A stretch of 64,000 nucleotides of DNA, taken from Bdellovibrionales bacterium. Lineage in GTDB: Bacteria > Bdellovibrionota > Bdellovibrionia > Bdellovibrionales > UBA1609. The DNA lies in the NCBI GenBank assembly GCA_965219095.1, contig CBDCMT010000001.1, positions 224,001 to 288,000 of the forward strand, written 5' to 3'. This document shows positions 28,996 to 39,461 of the stretch, in pieces. Numbering within the stretch: position 1 is the first letter of the stretch; each line of letters begins with the position of its first letter. The notes under the pieces were generated by a model that did not search any database, had not been told where the DNA came from, and saw only the letters and a list, made by a program, of their open reading frames with translations. A program made the position numbers and the translations under genes.

Positions 28996-31860
28996 TTAAG
29001 TCATAAAATCTGAACGAAATAAAAGATCTTTTTCCGAAGGAGCTTCTTTGACATAAATAGATTCACTAAAAGGGTAGATTGCAGCAAGTTTTATAGCTTT
29101 GTTTCTAAATTGAGAGTTTTTTCTAAAATAAAGAGAGTAAGTCTCAAGTTGTAAAAATACCTTGTTTTTCAGTGATTCAGTTCCTGATTTGTAATCCACA
29201 ATCCAGATTTCATCTTCTGTCTCTGACCAAAAATCAATTCTTCCTTTGATTACATAATCTTTAATTTTCACTTGAAATCCCCATTCAACATAACCTGTTT
29301 TTAGAAGACTTCTCAAAGGAGGTTGTTTTAAATTCAAAATATAGTTTTTAGCTTTTTGAAATGACTCCCTTTGATTCGATGAAATCCAAGATGCCCTTCT
29401 TACATCAAAGCTTTCTGATACTTTAAGAGCCTCCATAAGCCTATGAACTCTTATACCTCTTTGAGCAGTTTGAGCTAAATCAAAAACTGATACTCCTCGA
29501 AATTTCTTTTGAGGTGGTTCTAAAACACTTTCATAAGAACCTATGGTTTTAATCTCTAGCTTATCACTTTTTTTAACAAAGTGACTTTCTTTCTCTAAAG
29601 AAATGTTTTCAGGTAAAGAGAATATCACTTCAAGTTTATAATTTTTAAGATCGTAAACTTTGCTTTCATTTAGAAAACCTTTGTCTTTAAAATAGTTGTA
29701 AATTTCTACTCCTATAGAATCTTTTCTTATAGAGCCACCATAACATAAGAATAAGCTTTCTTTGGCTCTTGTCATAGCCACATAAAAAAGACGTCTCTCT
29801 TCTTCATCTTCAGCAGTTTTCATTTTTTCCGAAACTTGTTTATATGGTAAAAGACTTATACTTTTCCCTTTATCAGGATCAAAGAATTTAACAACCCATT
29901 TTTTTAAATGGTCATCAAAAACAAAATTGTCTTTTTTATGATTTTTCTTTTTATCTAAAAAAGGTATGACAACATGATCAAATTGAAGTCCTTTAGAAGA
30001 ATGGATCGTCATTACTTGAACATAATCAGAGTTTTGATCCCATACTTTTTCTGATAACTCCCATTCCATACTTTCTATAAAAAGATTTATGTTAAAGCCT
30101 TTAGTTTTTTCAGCTTTCCTCAACTCATAAACAAGCCTCCACAGATGAGACTCTCCCTGCCCTGAAGGATCAATATAGGAAGAAAAATCAAAAAAACCTA
30201 ACTCCACAAGAGCCTTTTCAAATACATAGCTTAAACCCTCTTTCTCACTTTTTTTCAGATACACTTTCAAAGCATTTATAACAGGATGGTCTTTTTTTTG
30301 AAAGGCATTCCAAAAAGAATAGGGCTTGTCTTTAAGAACAGAAACAAGAAAGCTATCAGGGAGGCGACACCAAGGAGAACGCAAAAGAATTAGTAAGTTT
30401 TCAGCATCATGAGGATTAGCCAAAAACCCCAAGAGGCTAAGAGAATCTATCACTTCTCTTTTTTTAGAAAAAGAGCTTGAATTGTTCATAACAACATAAA
30501 TTTTATGCTTCTTAAAAAACCGTGTGATTTTATAAGCTGTATCTTCTGTACGGCAGAGAATGCAAATACTTTCTCTTCTACCTGTCTTTTTCTTCACACT
30601 GAGTACATGATGTAGGATAGCTTTCAGTTCATCTTCCTCCTTTTTAAAATCTCCCAATACCACAACGGGTTCGTCTTTTAATGTACCTTCTCTTCCTATT
30701 TGAATAGGATTAAAATCCTTAAAGAAATCATTAAAAAAAGAAACAAGAGAACCATTAGATCGATAATTTTTTAAAAGAGGTTCTAGCTGTTTTGAAGTTT
30801 TTTCTTTTTGTTCAAAAACCTTATAACGTGCCCCTCTAAAAAGATAAATGCTTTGGTTAGGGTCACCCACACAAAAATCAAACGCTTTTTCTTTAAGAGC
30901 TTCAAAGAGTTTGACCTGAAGAGGACTTGTATCTTGATACTCATCAACAAACCAAGAATCATAATTTTTAGAAAAACTATATCCTAAATGAGGGTGTTTG
31001 TTTAAAAGCTGAAAAGAAAATGTTTCCAAGTCAGAATAGGTAAGAAGTGATTGTGATAGCTTTTTTGAAAAGAGTGTGTCTGTAAATTGAGAAGCTATTT
31101 TTTCAAACTGCTCGTAAAACTTCACAGCATTAAGTGATCTTTTACAATCCAAAAAAGAGGAGTCTTCTATTTGGATTTTGATTTTTTTAAGAAGATTAGT
31201 CTTAGGTTTTGTTTTCCCATAAAGGGTTTTAAAATTCTCTGCATTATAAAGGTAGGGATTTTCTGAAAGTTCTTTAAAAAATTGAGAAACACCATCATAG
31301 CCTTCTTCTTTAAAAAATTCAAAAGCCAAATCCTTGTAACATTTTTTATGTATTTTAAGAATTTCATCTTTTGCAAAAAAGCTTATCCTTTCTTTATAAG
31401 AAAGTTTTTTTTCACTATATTTTTTGCAGTTTTCTAGAAGACTTTCAAAGCTTTCATATTTTAAAATACTCGTATCTGACAACAAAAGAGTGTCTCTTAA
31501 AATTTGTCTTGATATACGATCTTTTTCGGAAGGAGAGATAAGTTCAAAAGAAGGGTCTAAGCCTAAATGAAAGCCGTACTGTCTTAAAAACAAACTTAAC
31601 ACTCCATGAATAGTAGAAACAACAAAAGAAGTAGATGAAAAATACTCTATAAGATTTTCATTATTTTCAGAACAAGCTTTTTCTAACAGTCTTTCTTTTA
31701 ATTCTTGAGTGGCCTTTCTTGTAAAAGTACATACAATCAAACTTTTAGGATGGTTTTCCTTTATAAGACTCAGGCTTTTAAGAAAAACCTTGTTTACAAG
31801 AGCTGTAGTCTTTCCTGAACCTGCTCCTGCTCTTAAAATTTCAGATGATGAGCTCGACAT
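28996..31860 (-). CDS. addA: AddA-like UvrD helicase/RecB-type nuclease
   Basis: AGAGSGKT, VDEYQDT, VGDPNQSIYLFRGA, MTIHSSKGLQF, YVAMTRAK, GRID...IVDYKSG. Confidence 0.85.
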   Translation of the reverse strand: MSSSSSEILRAGAGSGKTTALVNKVFLKSLSLIKENHPKSLIVCTFTRKATQELKERLLEKACSENNENLIEYFSSTSFVVSTIHGVLSLFLRQYGFHLGLDPSFELISPSEKDRISRQILRDTLLLSDTSILKYESFESLLENCKKYSEKKLSYKERISFFAKDEILKIHKKCYKDLAFEFFKEEGYDGVSQFFKELSENPYLYNAENFKTLYGKTKPKTNLLKKIKIQIEDSSFLDCKRSLNAVKFYEQFEKIASQFTDTLFSKKLSQSLLTYSDLETFSFQLLNKHPHLGYSFSKNYDSWFVDEYQDTSPLQVKLFEALKEKAFDFCVGDPNQSIYLFRGARYKVFEQKEKTSKQLEPLLKNYRSNGSLVSFFNDFFKDFNPIQIGREGTLKDEPVVVLGDFKKEEDELKAILHHVLSVKKKTGRRESICILCRTEDTAYKITRFFKKHKIYVVMNNSSSFSKKREVIDSLSLLGFLANPHDAENLLILLRSPWCRLPDSFLVSVLKDKPYSFWNAFQKKDHPVINALKVYLKKSEKEGLSYVFEKALVELGFFDFSSYIDPSGQGESHLWRLVYELRKAEKTKGFNINLFIESMEWELSEKVWDQNSDYVQVMTIHSSKGLQFDHVVIPFLDKKKNHKKDNFVFDDHLKKWVVKFFDPDKGKSISLLPYKQVSEKMKTAEDEEERRLFYVAMTRAKESLFLCYGGSIRKDSIGVEIYNYFKDKGFLNESKVYDLKNYKLEVIFSLPENISLEKESHFVKKSDKLEIKTIGSYESVLEPPQKKFRGVSVFDLAQTAQRGIRVHRLMEALKVSESFDVRRASWISSNQRESFQKAKNYILNLKQPPLRSLLKTGYVEWGFQVKIKDYVIKGRIDFWSETEDEIWIVDYKSGTESLKNKVFLQLETYSLYFRKNSQFRNKAIKLAAIYPFSESIYVKEAPSEKDLLFRSDFMT

Positions 31861-34523
31861 AACTTTCTCCATAAACATGTATTGCATTCTTTAATATTTA
31901 AAGGCTGAGGGCTTATATGACCTTCTCTCATATCTTCTAGAAGAGAAGAGAAAGTTTCTTTCATAGACTTATCAAAACTTTCTTTTTCCCCTTTTTTTTC
32001 TAATCTTTCGTAATTAAGGCCTTTTGTGGTTTTAAAATCCTTTAGAGTATAATAGTAAGCTTCTACAGCTTCAGCTTCCGTATTATCTAAAAGGCCTCTA
32101 TTAACAGCTTCTGTATAAAGCCATAGCTGAAACTCTCTTTTTTTAGACCATCCTATAGCATTAGTATAGCTTGTAGATGATCCATTTTTATAATCTAAAA
32201 CCTCTAATCTTCCCTCTCCTATTTTGTCAATGCGATCAATAATAGCTTTGAAAGGAAGATCTTGGATGGAAGCTTCATCTTCTTTAACTAAATGTTTTCT
32301 TTTTACACTCCAAGCTCCTTGTAGTTTCACTTCAAGTCCTATAGTCTTTCTTTTAGGATTTCTTTGTCTTAAATCTTTTTCATATTTTAAAAATCTCTCA
32401 ACAAGATCTAAGAAATAAAGAAAAACAGGTTTTCGGAACTCTCCCTCAATCTTTTGTTGGCTCAAGCAATCATTTATAATAGTCGAGATTTGTTTGTGAG
32501 ATAAAAAAAGAAAATCTTTCTTCTTTACTACTTCTTCTAAAATTTTATGAGAAAGTCTCCCTTTTTCTATAGGAGATAGAGATAGATCTTTTTGTGGTCT
32601 ATCCTCAAGGTGAAATAAGTACCTTGCTGCCCATTTGAAAGGACAGCTTCCGTATTGTTTTAAGCTTGTAGGATTGATATTAGGCAAGGTACTTTTTTCT
32701 AACAACTGAGGAAGTTCTTTTTTCCCCTCATCACACAAAAGAGTGTTGAGAAGCCCTTCTCCTGCAGGAGGTGTTCTTTTTTGTAAAATAGCTTGAGGTG
32801 ATTTGTTTTGAAATTGAGAAAAAAAACTTTCATTACGCCTCTGTTCTCCTAATTCTTTATTTTTGTTCAAAAAAGGGATGAGCCAAAAATGAGAAGGTTC
32901 TAAAGGTGTTCCTGAAAAATGAGATGAAGGGCAACTAAGAATGATTTCTTTAAAAGCCTTATGGCCGTCTAACAGCCAAGCTAGTTCAAATTCTTTTTTT
33001 ACAGACTCTGAGACGTCCAAAATAAAACCTGTATTATCATAGAGAGATTTTAAGTCATAAGAATTCATTTCAAAACCATAGGAGGTGGTTTCTAAAAAAG
33101 ACTGGCTAGTGCCTAAAACAAAAACATGAGAAACTCTTAAGTTTTCTGCTGAAAAAACATTTTCGCAGTTCACTCCTTTCTCACTTTCTTTTTCTAGGGT
33201 TATTTCTAAATCAGAACACAAGTCTTCTAGATAAGAAAACCAGTCCTCAAAACTTAACTTTAAACCTTCATAAAGGTTATTGTAGATATTTGTTAAAAGA
33301 AGGTCTAACACTTCATTTGAAAGGGAGCTTTTGTCTAAAGACCATTTGATAAATTCATCAAAACAAACCTCTTTTTTTGAATCTTTTAGAAAAGAAAAAT
33401 TCTCTGAAACCTTCTTATTTTTTTTTAGATCTTCTTGACTGTAAACATGGCTGTAGTTTTGTTTGAAGCGAAAATAGTTCATAGGACTTTCATTTCGAGA
33501 AAACATGGCTCCTTCTAAATAAGGTTTTGCATAAGAAAGGCCTAAAGAAACTTTAAGGTGACATAACCATCGACTTATGCCAGGAAGGCTTGAAAGTTTT
33601 TGAGTTCTTTTTTTGTGAACAGGGATTCGATCTTGCTTTAACAAAACGTTTAAAACAGGCCAATACTCTTCTATGCGAGGAGCTAAAAGAGCTATATGAG
33701 AAAAATCAACTCCCTTTTTATTCCATTTTTTTAAACTCGTAAGGGCTGATTGTACTTCTGATAAACAAGAAGAATGCTTTTGAAGTTGAACTCTTTCAGA
33801 TAAAGAAAACCTATGGACCACTTTTTTTTCAAACTCTGGTGTTTGGTGGCTTGTTTTTAAAAGCTCATAAGAAAAAAGAGTTTTATGGTACTGATTTCTC
33901 CAACGAGGTTCTGGCTCTAAAACTTCTAATTCTATATGACTTTTAAGTCCATTGATAAAATCTCCCTCCACGGGAGTTAAACTTGAGCCTAAATCAAAGT
34001 AAACTTTGCGAGGCCAATGAACTTTAAAAGTAGGAGATCTAACTAGGTTTACTAAAAGAGCTGGAATAAAAGATGCGTTCGTTAGACCTTTATCTTCTAA
34101 GAAAATCCAAAGTTTTTTGCTTTTTTTAAAATTAGAAAGAAGTTTCGTGTCCCCAAAAGTTTTCGTTTCAATCCAATTATAAAACATTTTCTCTCCATCA
34201 GGGTGAGTGAAAAGAGGAAGAAACCGTTTTAAACTATAAAAACTACTTGCAGAACCTGTATGCTTTTGAGCTAAAGTTTTACACATACTTTCATCAATGA
34301 TTTGTTTCTCAGGAAAAACTTGAAAAAACAAACTATTCCAAAACTCACTAATTCTTAAAAAGTTTTCTGATTCTAAATAGCCCTTTTTTTCTAAAAAAAC
34401 TTTCTCCAATTCTGCCTTAGACTTCAAATCTGATACAACCCAAGTAATTTCATCTTTTTTATGAAGTTCTTCTAATAGCTTTCTTTTTGCAATAAGATTT
34501 TCAACACTTCTTATCATGTTCAA
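31833..34523 (-). CDS. addB: AddB-like PD-(D/E)xK nuclease with Fe-S cysteines
   Basis: CPFKW, IIDRID, LDYK, terminal CNTCLWRKLC; coupled to addA. Confidence 0.8.
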   Translation of the reverse strand: MNMIRSVENLIAKRKLLEELHKKDEITWVVSDLKSKAELEKVFLEKKGYLESENFLRISEFWNSLFFQVFPEKQIIDESMCKTLAQKHTGSASSFYSLKRFLPLFTHPDGEKMFYNWIETKTFGDTKLLSNFKKSKKLWIFLEDKGLTNASFIPALLVNLVRSPTFKVHWPRKVYFDLGSSLTPVEGDFINGLKSHIELEVLEPEPRWRNQYHKTLFSYELLKTSHQTPEFEKKVVHRFSLSERVQLQKHSSCLSEVQSALTSLKKWNKKGVDFSHIALLAPRIEEYWPVLNVLLKQDRIPVHKKRTQKLSSLPGISRWLCHLKVSLGLSYAKPYLEGAMFSRNESPMNYFRFKQNYSHVYSQEDLKKNKKVSENFSFLKDSKKEVCFDEFIKWSLDKSSLSNEVLDLLLTNIYNNLYEGLKLSFEDWFSYLEDLCSDLEITLEKESEKGVNCENVFSAENLRVSHVFVLGTSQSFLETTSYGFEMNSYDLKSLYDNTGFILDVSESVKKEFELAWLLDGHKAFKEIILSCPSSHFSGTPLEPSHFWLIPFLNKNKELGEQRRNESFFSQFQNKSPQAILQKRTPPAGEGLLNTLLCDEGKKELPQLLEKSTLPNINPTSLKQYGSCPFKWAARYLFHLEDRPQKDLSLSPIEKGRLSHKILEEVVKKKDFLFLSHKQISTIINDCLSQQKIEGEFRKPVFLYFLDLVERFLKYEKDLRQRNPKRKTIGLEVKLQGAWSVKRKHLVKEDEASIQDLPFKAIIDRIDKIGEGRLEVLDYKNGSSTSYTNAIGWSKKREFQLWLYTEAVNRGLLDNTEAEAVEAYYYTLKDFKTTKGLNYERLEKKGEKESFDKSMKETFSSLLEDMREGHISPQPLNIKECNTCLWRKLCRAHHLKF

Positions 34524-35092
34524 CCCTTTATTTTCGAAAGAAACCTTTTAACATGATTTTTTAATTCTTCTAAATTTCCTTCATTTTCTATGACAAAGTC
34601 TGCTTTTTTTCTTGAATCTTCTAGATCATTTTGCCTCGACATAATTTTATCAATATGTCTTTGAGGAAGACCCTTTTTTAAAAGTCTTCTTGTTCTTTCT
34701 ACCTTTGTGCTTGCAACTAATAAAATTACATCAAAAGATGATTCTAGATTCTTTTCGAATAAAAGCGGTATTTCATAAAAGACCATAGACTTATCTTTTA
34801 AATTAAGCCTTTCTTTTTCCACTTCTTGTCTTACTAAAGGATGGAGGATTTCTTCGAGTTGGTTTAAGTTATTTAAGTTTTTCAAGGCCCATTCCTTAAG
34901 ATCTCCATGATTTTCTATACCACTTAAACCTAAAGTCTCTAAAAGATTTTTAAAATTTTTTTGTATGATTTTTTTCACTATTTCATCCGCTGATAAAACA
35001 ACAAAACCTTCTTTTTTTAAAAGGTAAGAAACTTCGGTTTTTCCTGAGCCTATGGGTCCTGTAACACCTATCCATTTCATACTTTCACTCAC
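34520..35092 (-). CDS. coaE: Dephospho-CoA kinase
   Basis: IGVTGPIGSGKT, ILHPLV, EIPLLFE. Confidence 0.92.
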   Translation of the reverse strand: MSESMKWIGVTGPIGSGKTEVSYLLKKEGFVVLSADEIVKKIIQKNFKNLLETLGLSGIENHGDLKEWALKNLNNLNQLEEILHPLVRQEVEKERLNLKDKSMVFYEIPLLFEKNLESSFDVILLVASTKVERTRRLLKKGLPQRHIDKIMSRQNDLEDSRKKADFVIENEGNLEELKNHVKRFLSKIKG

Positions 35093-35957
35093 TAAATTTT
35101 AATTTTTCAGATAAAATTTTAAAATAATCATAAGACTTAAGCTTTAAAGTGTAGTGTTTGCATTTTGAATTTTGAATCAAAAGACTATGGGATGGTGATA
35201 TGTTTAACACTTTTTGTCCATCCAAACTCAGAGAGGCTCTTACAGTGGAGTGTTCTTTATGGAGGTTTAACTTTAAAGCCTGACTGTTGTTGAAAAGCAT
35301 AGGACGAAAACTCAAGCTATGGGGACATATGGGAGTTAGAATAAAAGCCTTCAGATCAGAATGTACAATAGGACCTCCAGCTGATAAATTATAAGCTGTA
35401 GAGCCTGTAGGAGTAGCTACAATCAAGCCGTCGCTTTTCACAGAACCTACATACCTTCCCCCATATTGAATTTCTAAATATAAAAGACGGCTTCTTTCTC
35501 CCCTTTCCATTACAACATCATTTAAAGCTTCTTTTAATAACAGGGTTTTATTTTTTTCCTTCACTCTTATCTCAAGAAGTTCTCTTTCTTGTATTTCAAA
35601 CTCTTCATTTATCAGATCATCTAAAGAAAACCCTTCATTTTTCACCAAAACCTCCGTTAGAAAACCTAAAGATCCTACATTAATACCTAAAAGAGGTGTT
35701 TTGCTTCGGTTTAATAACCTTACAGCTTCTAAATACGTTCCATCCCCCCCTAAGACGATTCCTAAGTCCACTTTATGATTTGAGCAAAAGATGGGAACTT
35801 TAGCTCCTTTCTTTAAGGAAAGTTTCCTTTTAGGATGAGTGTAGACCTGGATCTTTTTTTCAGCTAATTGTTCTGCTAAACGACAAGCTAAATAGTAGAC
35901 TTTTTTGTTCTTAGGTCTATAGACAAGGAGTACAGAACGAAACTGCTTCAAGTTCAT
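35085..35957 (-). CDS. nadK: NAD kinase
   Basis: LGGDGT, GSLGFL, ALND, DGLIVATPTGSTAYNLSAGGP. Confidence 0.95.
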   Translation of the reverse strand: MNLKQFRSVLLVYRPKNKKVYYLACRLAEQLAEKKIQVYTHPKRKLSLKKGAKVPIFCSNHKVDLGIVLGGDGTYLEAVRLLNRSKTPLLGINVGSLGFLTEVLVKNEGFSLDDLINEEFEIQERELLEIRVKEKNKTLLLKEALNDVVMERGERSRLLYLEIQYGGRYVGSVKSDGLIVATPTGSTAYNLSAGGPIVHSDLKAFILTPICPHSLSFRPMLFNNSQALKLNLHKEHSTVRASLSLDGQKVLNISPSHSLLIQNSKCKHYTLKLKSYDYFKILSEKLKFSE

Positions 35958-36075
35958 ACTTATACTTTGACAAAAATAAGGCCTTTAGGGGAGTTATGAC
36001 ACAAGGGGCTTCTAGTGCTTGAGTTCTCTAAAAATGAGCTGAAGAGGGTTTTAAAAACGATAGGTGAGGCTTTAA

Positions 36076-36142
36076 ACATATTAGATCGGTTTCATATTGT
36101 GGCAAGACTCAATAAGGCTTTAGACGAAGTAAGAGCTTCAGA
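36076..36142 (+). mobile_element. ISL3 transposase internal fragment
   Basis: Matches the reverse complement of about 63349-63415 (HILDRFHIVARLNKALDEVRAS). Confidence 0.8.
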
Positions 36143-36963
36143 TCATATAACGGTAAATCAAAAAGACAGGTCACTGGTTTAAGCCATGATAGTGACCCTA
36201 AAGTACTTGCAGAAGGAGGTGAGCTTTTCGAGACAAATTCTAAACCCTTTAGCTGGCCTGGTTTTTAAGGCCTCAAAGGATGTTTTCCCTTTTTTTCGAT
36301 TAAGCCTGTATTTTTGTGAAGACTTACTCGAAAAAAAGGAAAAAGCAAAAAAAAGATGTAAAATAGGATTTCAAGACTTTATTTATAAACAAACCAACAA
36401 AGGAGGAAAATAAAATGTATGATCACTATATAGCCGTAGATTGGGCACAAAGTAACATGGCCATTTCAAGGATGACAGGCAAATCAAAAGATATTAAGAC
36501 TATGGACACGATTTCAGATCTTGGGAATCTTCGTGCCTATTTAAAAACCCTGAAAGGTAAGAAGATATTGACTATCGAAGAGACTACAACTTCGATAGTG
36601 GTTGTATTCAGAATTAAAGGATAGTGTTGATGAGCTCATAGTCTGTGATCCTCTTCGGAACAGACTTTTAAGTGAAGGGGCTAAAACTGATAAAATTGAT
36701 GCTGAAAAACTTGTTTTATTGTTACGCTCTGGCCTTTTGAAACCAGTTTTTCACTCAGGTGATGAATTCATTTACCTTCGTAAGATTGTCAGTGGATATG
36801 AAGATGTGGTTAAAAGAGGAGTTCGTGTTAAAAACCAAAGATCAGCTCTATTTCGAGCTTCCCACCTTGATGCTAAGAAGCAGACACAATTAAAACTAGC
36901 GGAAGATAAATTTGTTCTAGAAGGCTTAGATAAAGCTTATGGAGAGGAGAAAGCACGTTATGA
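36143..36963 (+). mobile_element. IS110-family element: ~270-bp noncoding left end plus frameshifted, truncated recombinase
   Basis: AGGAGG then MYDHYIAVDW..., TIEETT, AKTDKIDAEKL (DEDD RuvC-like); cut by IS630-B. Confidence 0.8.
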
Positions 36964-38370
36964 TACCAATTACAGAAATTAATTCGACATTTTTATGTTC
37001 AAATTTAAAATTTTAAAATTGACTTAAGGAAAAGTTTCAATTAGGAGGCTTTAAAAAAGTTTTTTTTGAAGGGAGGTTGAGTTTTCATAAGATATGTTTA
37101 TTTTATGTATATCTATTGTTGTGTGAATCGATTGATGGGTTAAAATAAGTGTAAAAAAGTGAGGTTAAGATGTAAAATGAAAAAAATCAGTTACGCAATT
37201 TAATTTATAGGTTCAAATTAATTTACAAGCTTGATTCATCTTGTTGTTTTGCCCAAGATCGAGTGCATAATTTTTTAATCCTGCCCTCCTGATCGCAAAA
37301 AGTATTCCAGGCCTCACAACAAGTATTCAGTATATGGTCATAGTTTTTAAAACATGCATTCGATAATTTGATCCTTCGTAATTGTTGCCAGACTTGTTCC
37401 ATGGGATTTAATTCTGGACTATAAGGAGGTAAAGGCATCATGGATAAATTCTTAGGAACTATCAAAGTCTCTGTGGTATGCCAACTGGCTCTGTCCATTA
37501 AAACAATTCCATGATAGTTTTCTTGAATATTTTTAGATATCTCATCTAAGTGAATTTGCATCATCCCTGAATTACATTCCGGTAAAACCCAAGCACAGCC
37601 TTTATCTTTATCCGGACAAACTGCTCCAAAAATATAAGTGGATAAAAATTGTCTTTGTCTCACAACTCTAGGCCGTGTGCCTTTTCTTGCCCAAATCCTG
37701 CTCAAAGAACCTTGCTGAGCTTATTCTGCATTCATCCTGCCACCAAATCTCTATTTTATGAGTCTGAATCTTTTCTTTTATTTTCTCCACCTCTTCTGGA
37801 AAATGTTCCTTAAACTGTTCCATAGCTTCTTAATGAACTTTTAGGATGAAGAGAACGACCACTGATCCATACAATATTAAGGCGGTCTAAAGAAACATAA
37901 ACCCCAGAAAGAGAATAGCAACAGTCAAATTCATCTGCTAAAAGTTTCTGTATTTCCTTTGCTCCTATGCTTCCTCCCTCTCTTTTGTCTTGAATTTCAT
38001 CTAACTTGATTTTGAAGTTCTCTTCTTCTGTCACTGGCAAACGAGGCTTGCGTCCTCTGCCTTCTCGATCTATCAATCCCTCGTAATCAAAGTCTACAAA
38101 AGACTGTAACCAGGATTTGATACTGTGACGGTGATAGAAAACTATACTTGCTGTTTCTTGAATCGATTTTCCTTCTTGCATATGCTGCAAAGCTTGGAGT
38201 TTTATCTTGATGTTGGCACTTCTTTCTACTTTGTAAGTAGCTAGAAAATTATACCCTTGAATCTGTGTAACTAAATCTTTTTTCGACACTCTAAAAATTT
38301 AACAGAGTTTGATCAAAAAGCCAGGACGCTATGCGTTAAAAGAATGTCGAATTAATTTTTGGAAATGGTA
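36964..38370 (-). mobile_element. IS630 type B (two frameshifts)
   Basis: Both IRs present; ORF pieces 37223-37705 and 37810-38289. Confidence 0.9.
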
Positions 38371-38804
38371 TTATCTGTTTTGATAACGAATATCCATTAT
38401 GTTCTTCAGATCCACATGCAGTCGATAGAAATGGAAATACCGGACTTATTTTAGCAGCATACCATCTATCACCACACTATGTTAAGGAAGACAAGGCTTT
38501 TATTTTAAGTAGAGCAAAATGGTTCCTTGATCATGGTATGGATGTAAATGCAGTCAATAGATGGGGAAGGACAGCGCTAATATGGGCGGCAAAAAGAGGA
38601 TCCTTAGAACTTGTAGAGCTTCTTTATGAGAAAGGTACAGATATAAATGTAGCTGATGAAAAGGGAATGACAGCACTTATGTATGCTCAACAAGAAAAGC
38701 ATATAGATGTTGTAGAATTTCTTGAAAATCCAGATTCAGTTATAGAGTATAGCAAAGTTTTTGAAGCTGTTGACAAGCCAGAAGTGCTTAAACTTTTGAA
38801 CTAA
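38371..38804 (+). pseudogene. Ankyrin-repeat protein, N-truncated by IS630-B
   Basis: Frame open from the IS end: GNTGLILAA, GRTALIWAAKRG, GMTALMYA. Confidence 0.8.
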
Positions 38805-38867
38805 AAAAACAATTTGAAGAATATTAATTTTATCTGAATTCGTGCTTAAATTTATATACTACAAATT

Positions 38868-39461
38868 CTATTTTTCTTGACATACTTTTTCTATGTCAGA
38901 AAGAGGTACACCTCCCTTTCTAACACATACTATTTTTTCTCCTTCAAATTTTATAATAGTACTTGGCTTTTGAGACATAAGAGAGGATTCATAGTTATTG
39001 ATGAAAAAGAGATTGGGGAAAACTTTAGTAATCTCTTTTTCTAAAATCAAAGGTGGTTCTCCTGAAAGGTTAAGACTTGTGCTAACCAGAGGTCTGTCAA
39101 AGGTTTCAAAAAGTTCTTTTATAAAAGGATGGGGAGAGCACCTGAGATTGATATACTTTGTTTTGCCATGAATCCAAGAAGGTACACTTTTTTTCCCATA
39201 AAGCAAAACACTACACGGACCCGGCCAAAAAACATTTAAAACTTTTAAAACCTGATCAGGAAGAAAAGCATACTTATAAGCCATATGGATGTCTCTTACA
39301 AGAAGACTTAAAAGTTTTTGGGGGGAGCGTTTTTTAATTTTAAAGATTGCTTTTACAGCTGATGAAGAAAGAGCATCACAACCTAGACCCCATACTGTTT
39401 CTGTAGGATAAATAATAACTTTATTGTTTCTAAGAAGATGGATGGCTTTTTTTACAAACAC
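38868..39461 (-). CDS. tsaC: L-threonylcarbamoyladenylate synthase (Sua5/YrdC)
   Basis: YPTETVWGLGC, IKKR, WPGP, LVSTSLNLSG, PSTI. Confidence 0.9.
   Translation of the reverse strand: MFVKKAIHLLRNNKVIIYPTETVWGLGCDALSSSAVKAIFKIKKRSPQKLLSLLVRDIHMAYKYAFLPDQVLKVLNVFWPGPCSVLLYGKKSVPSWIHGKTKYINLRCSPHPFIKELFETFDRPLVSTSLNLSGEPPLILEKEITKVFPNLFFINNYESSLMSQKPSTIIKFEGEKIVCVRKGGVPLSDIEKVCQEK

Noticed and set aside
36186..36413. 75-aa ORF
   Set aside because: No motif or RBS; falls in the IS110 noncoding end
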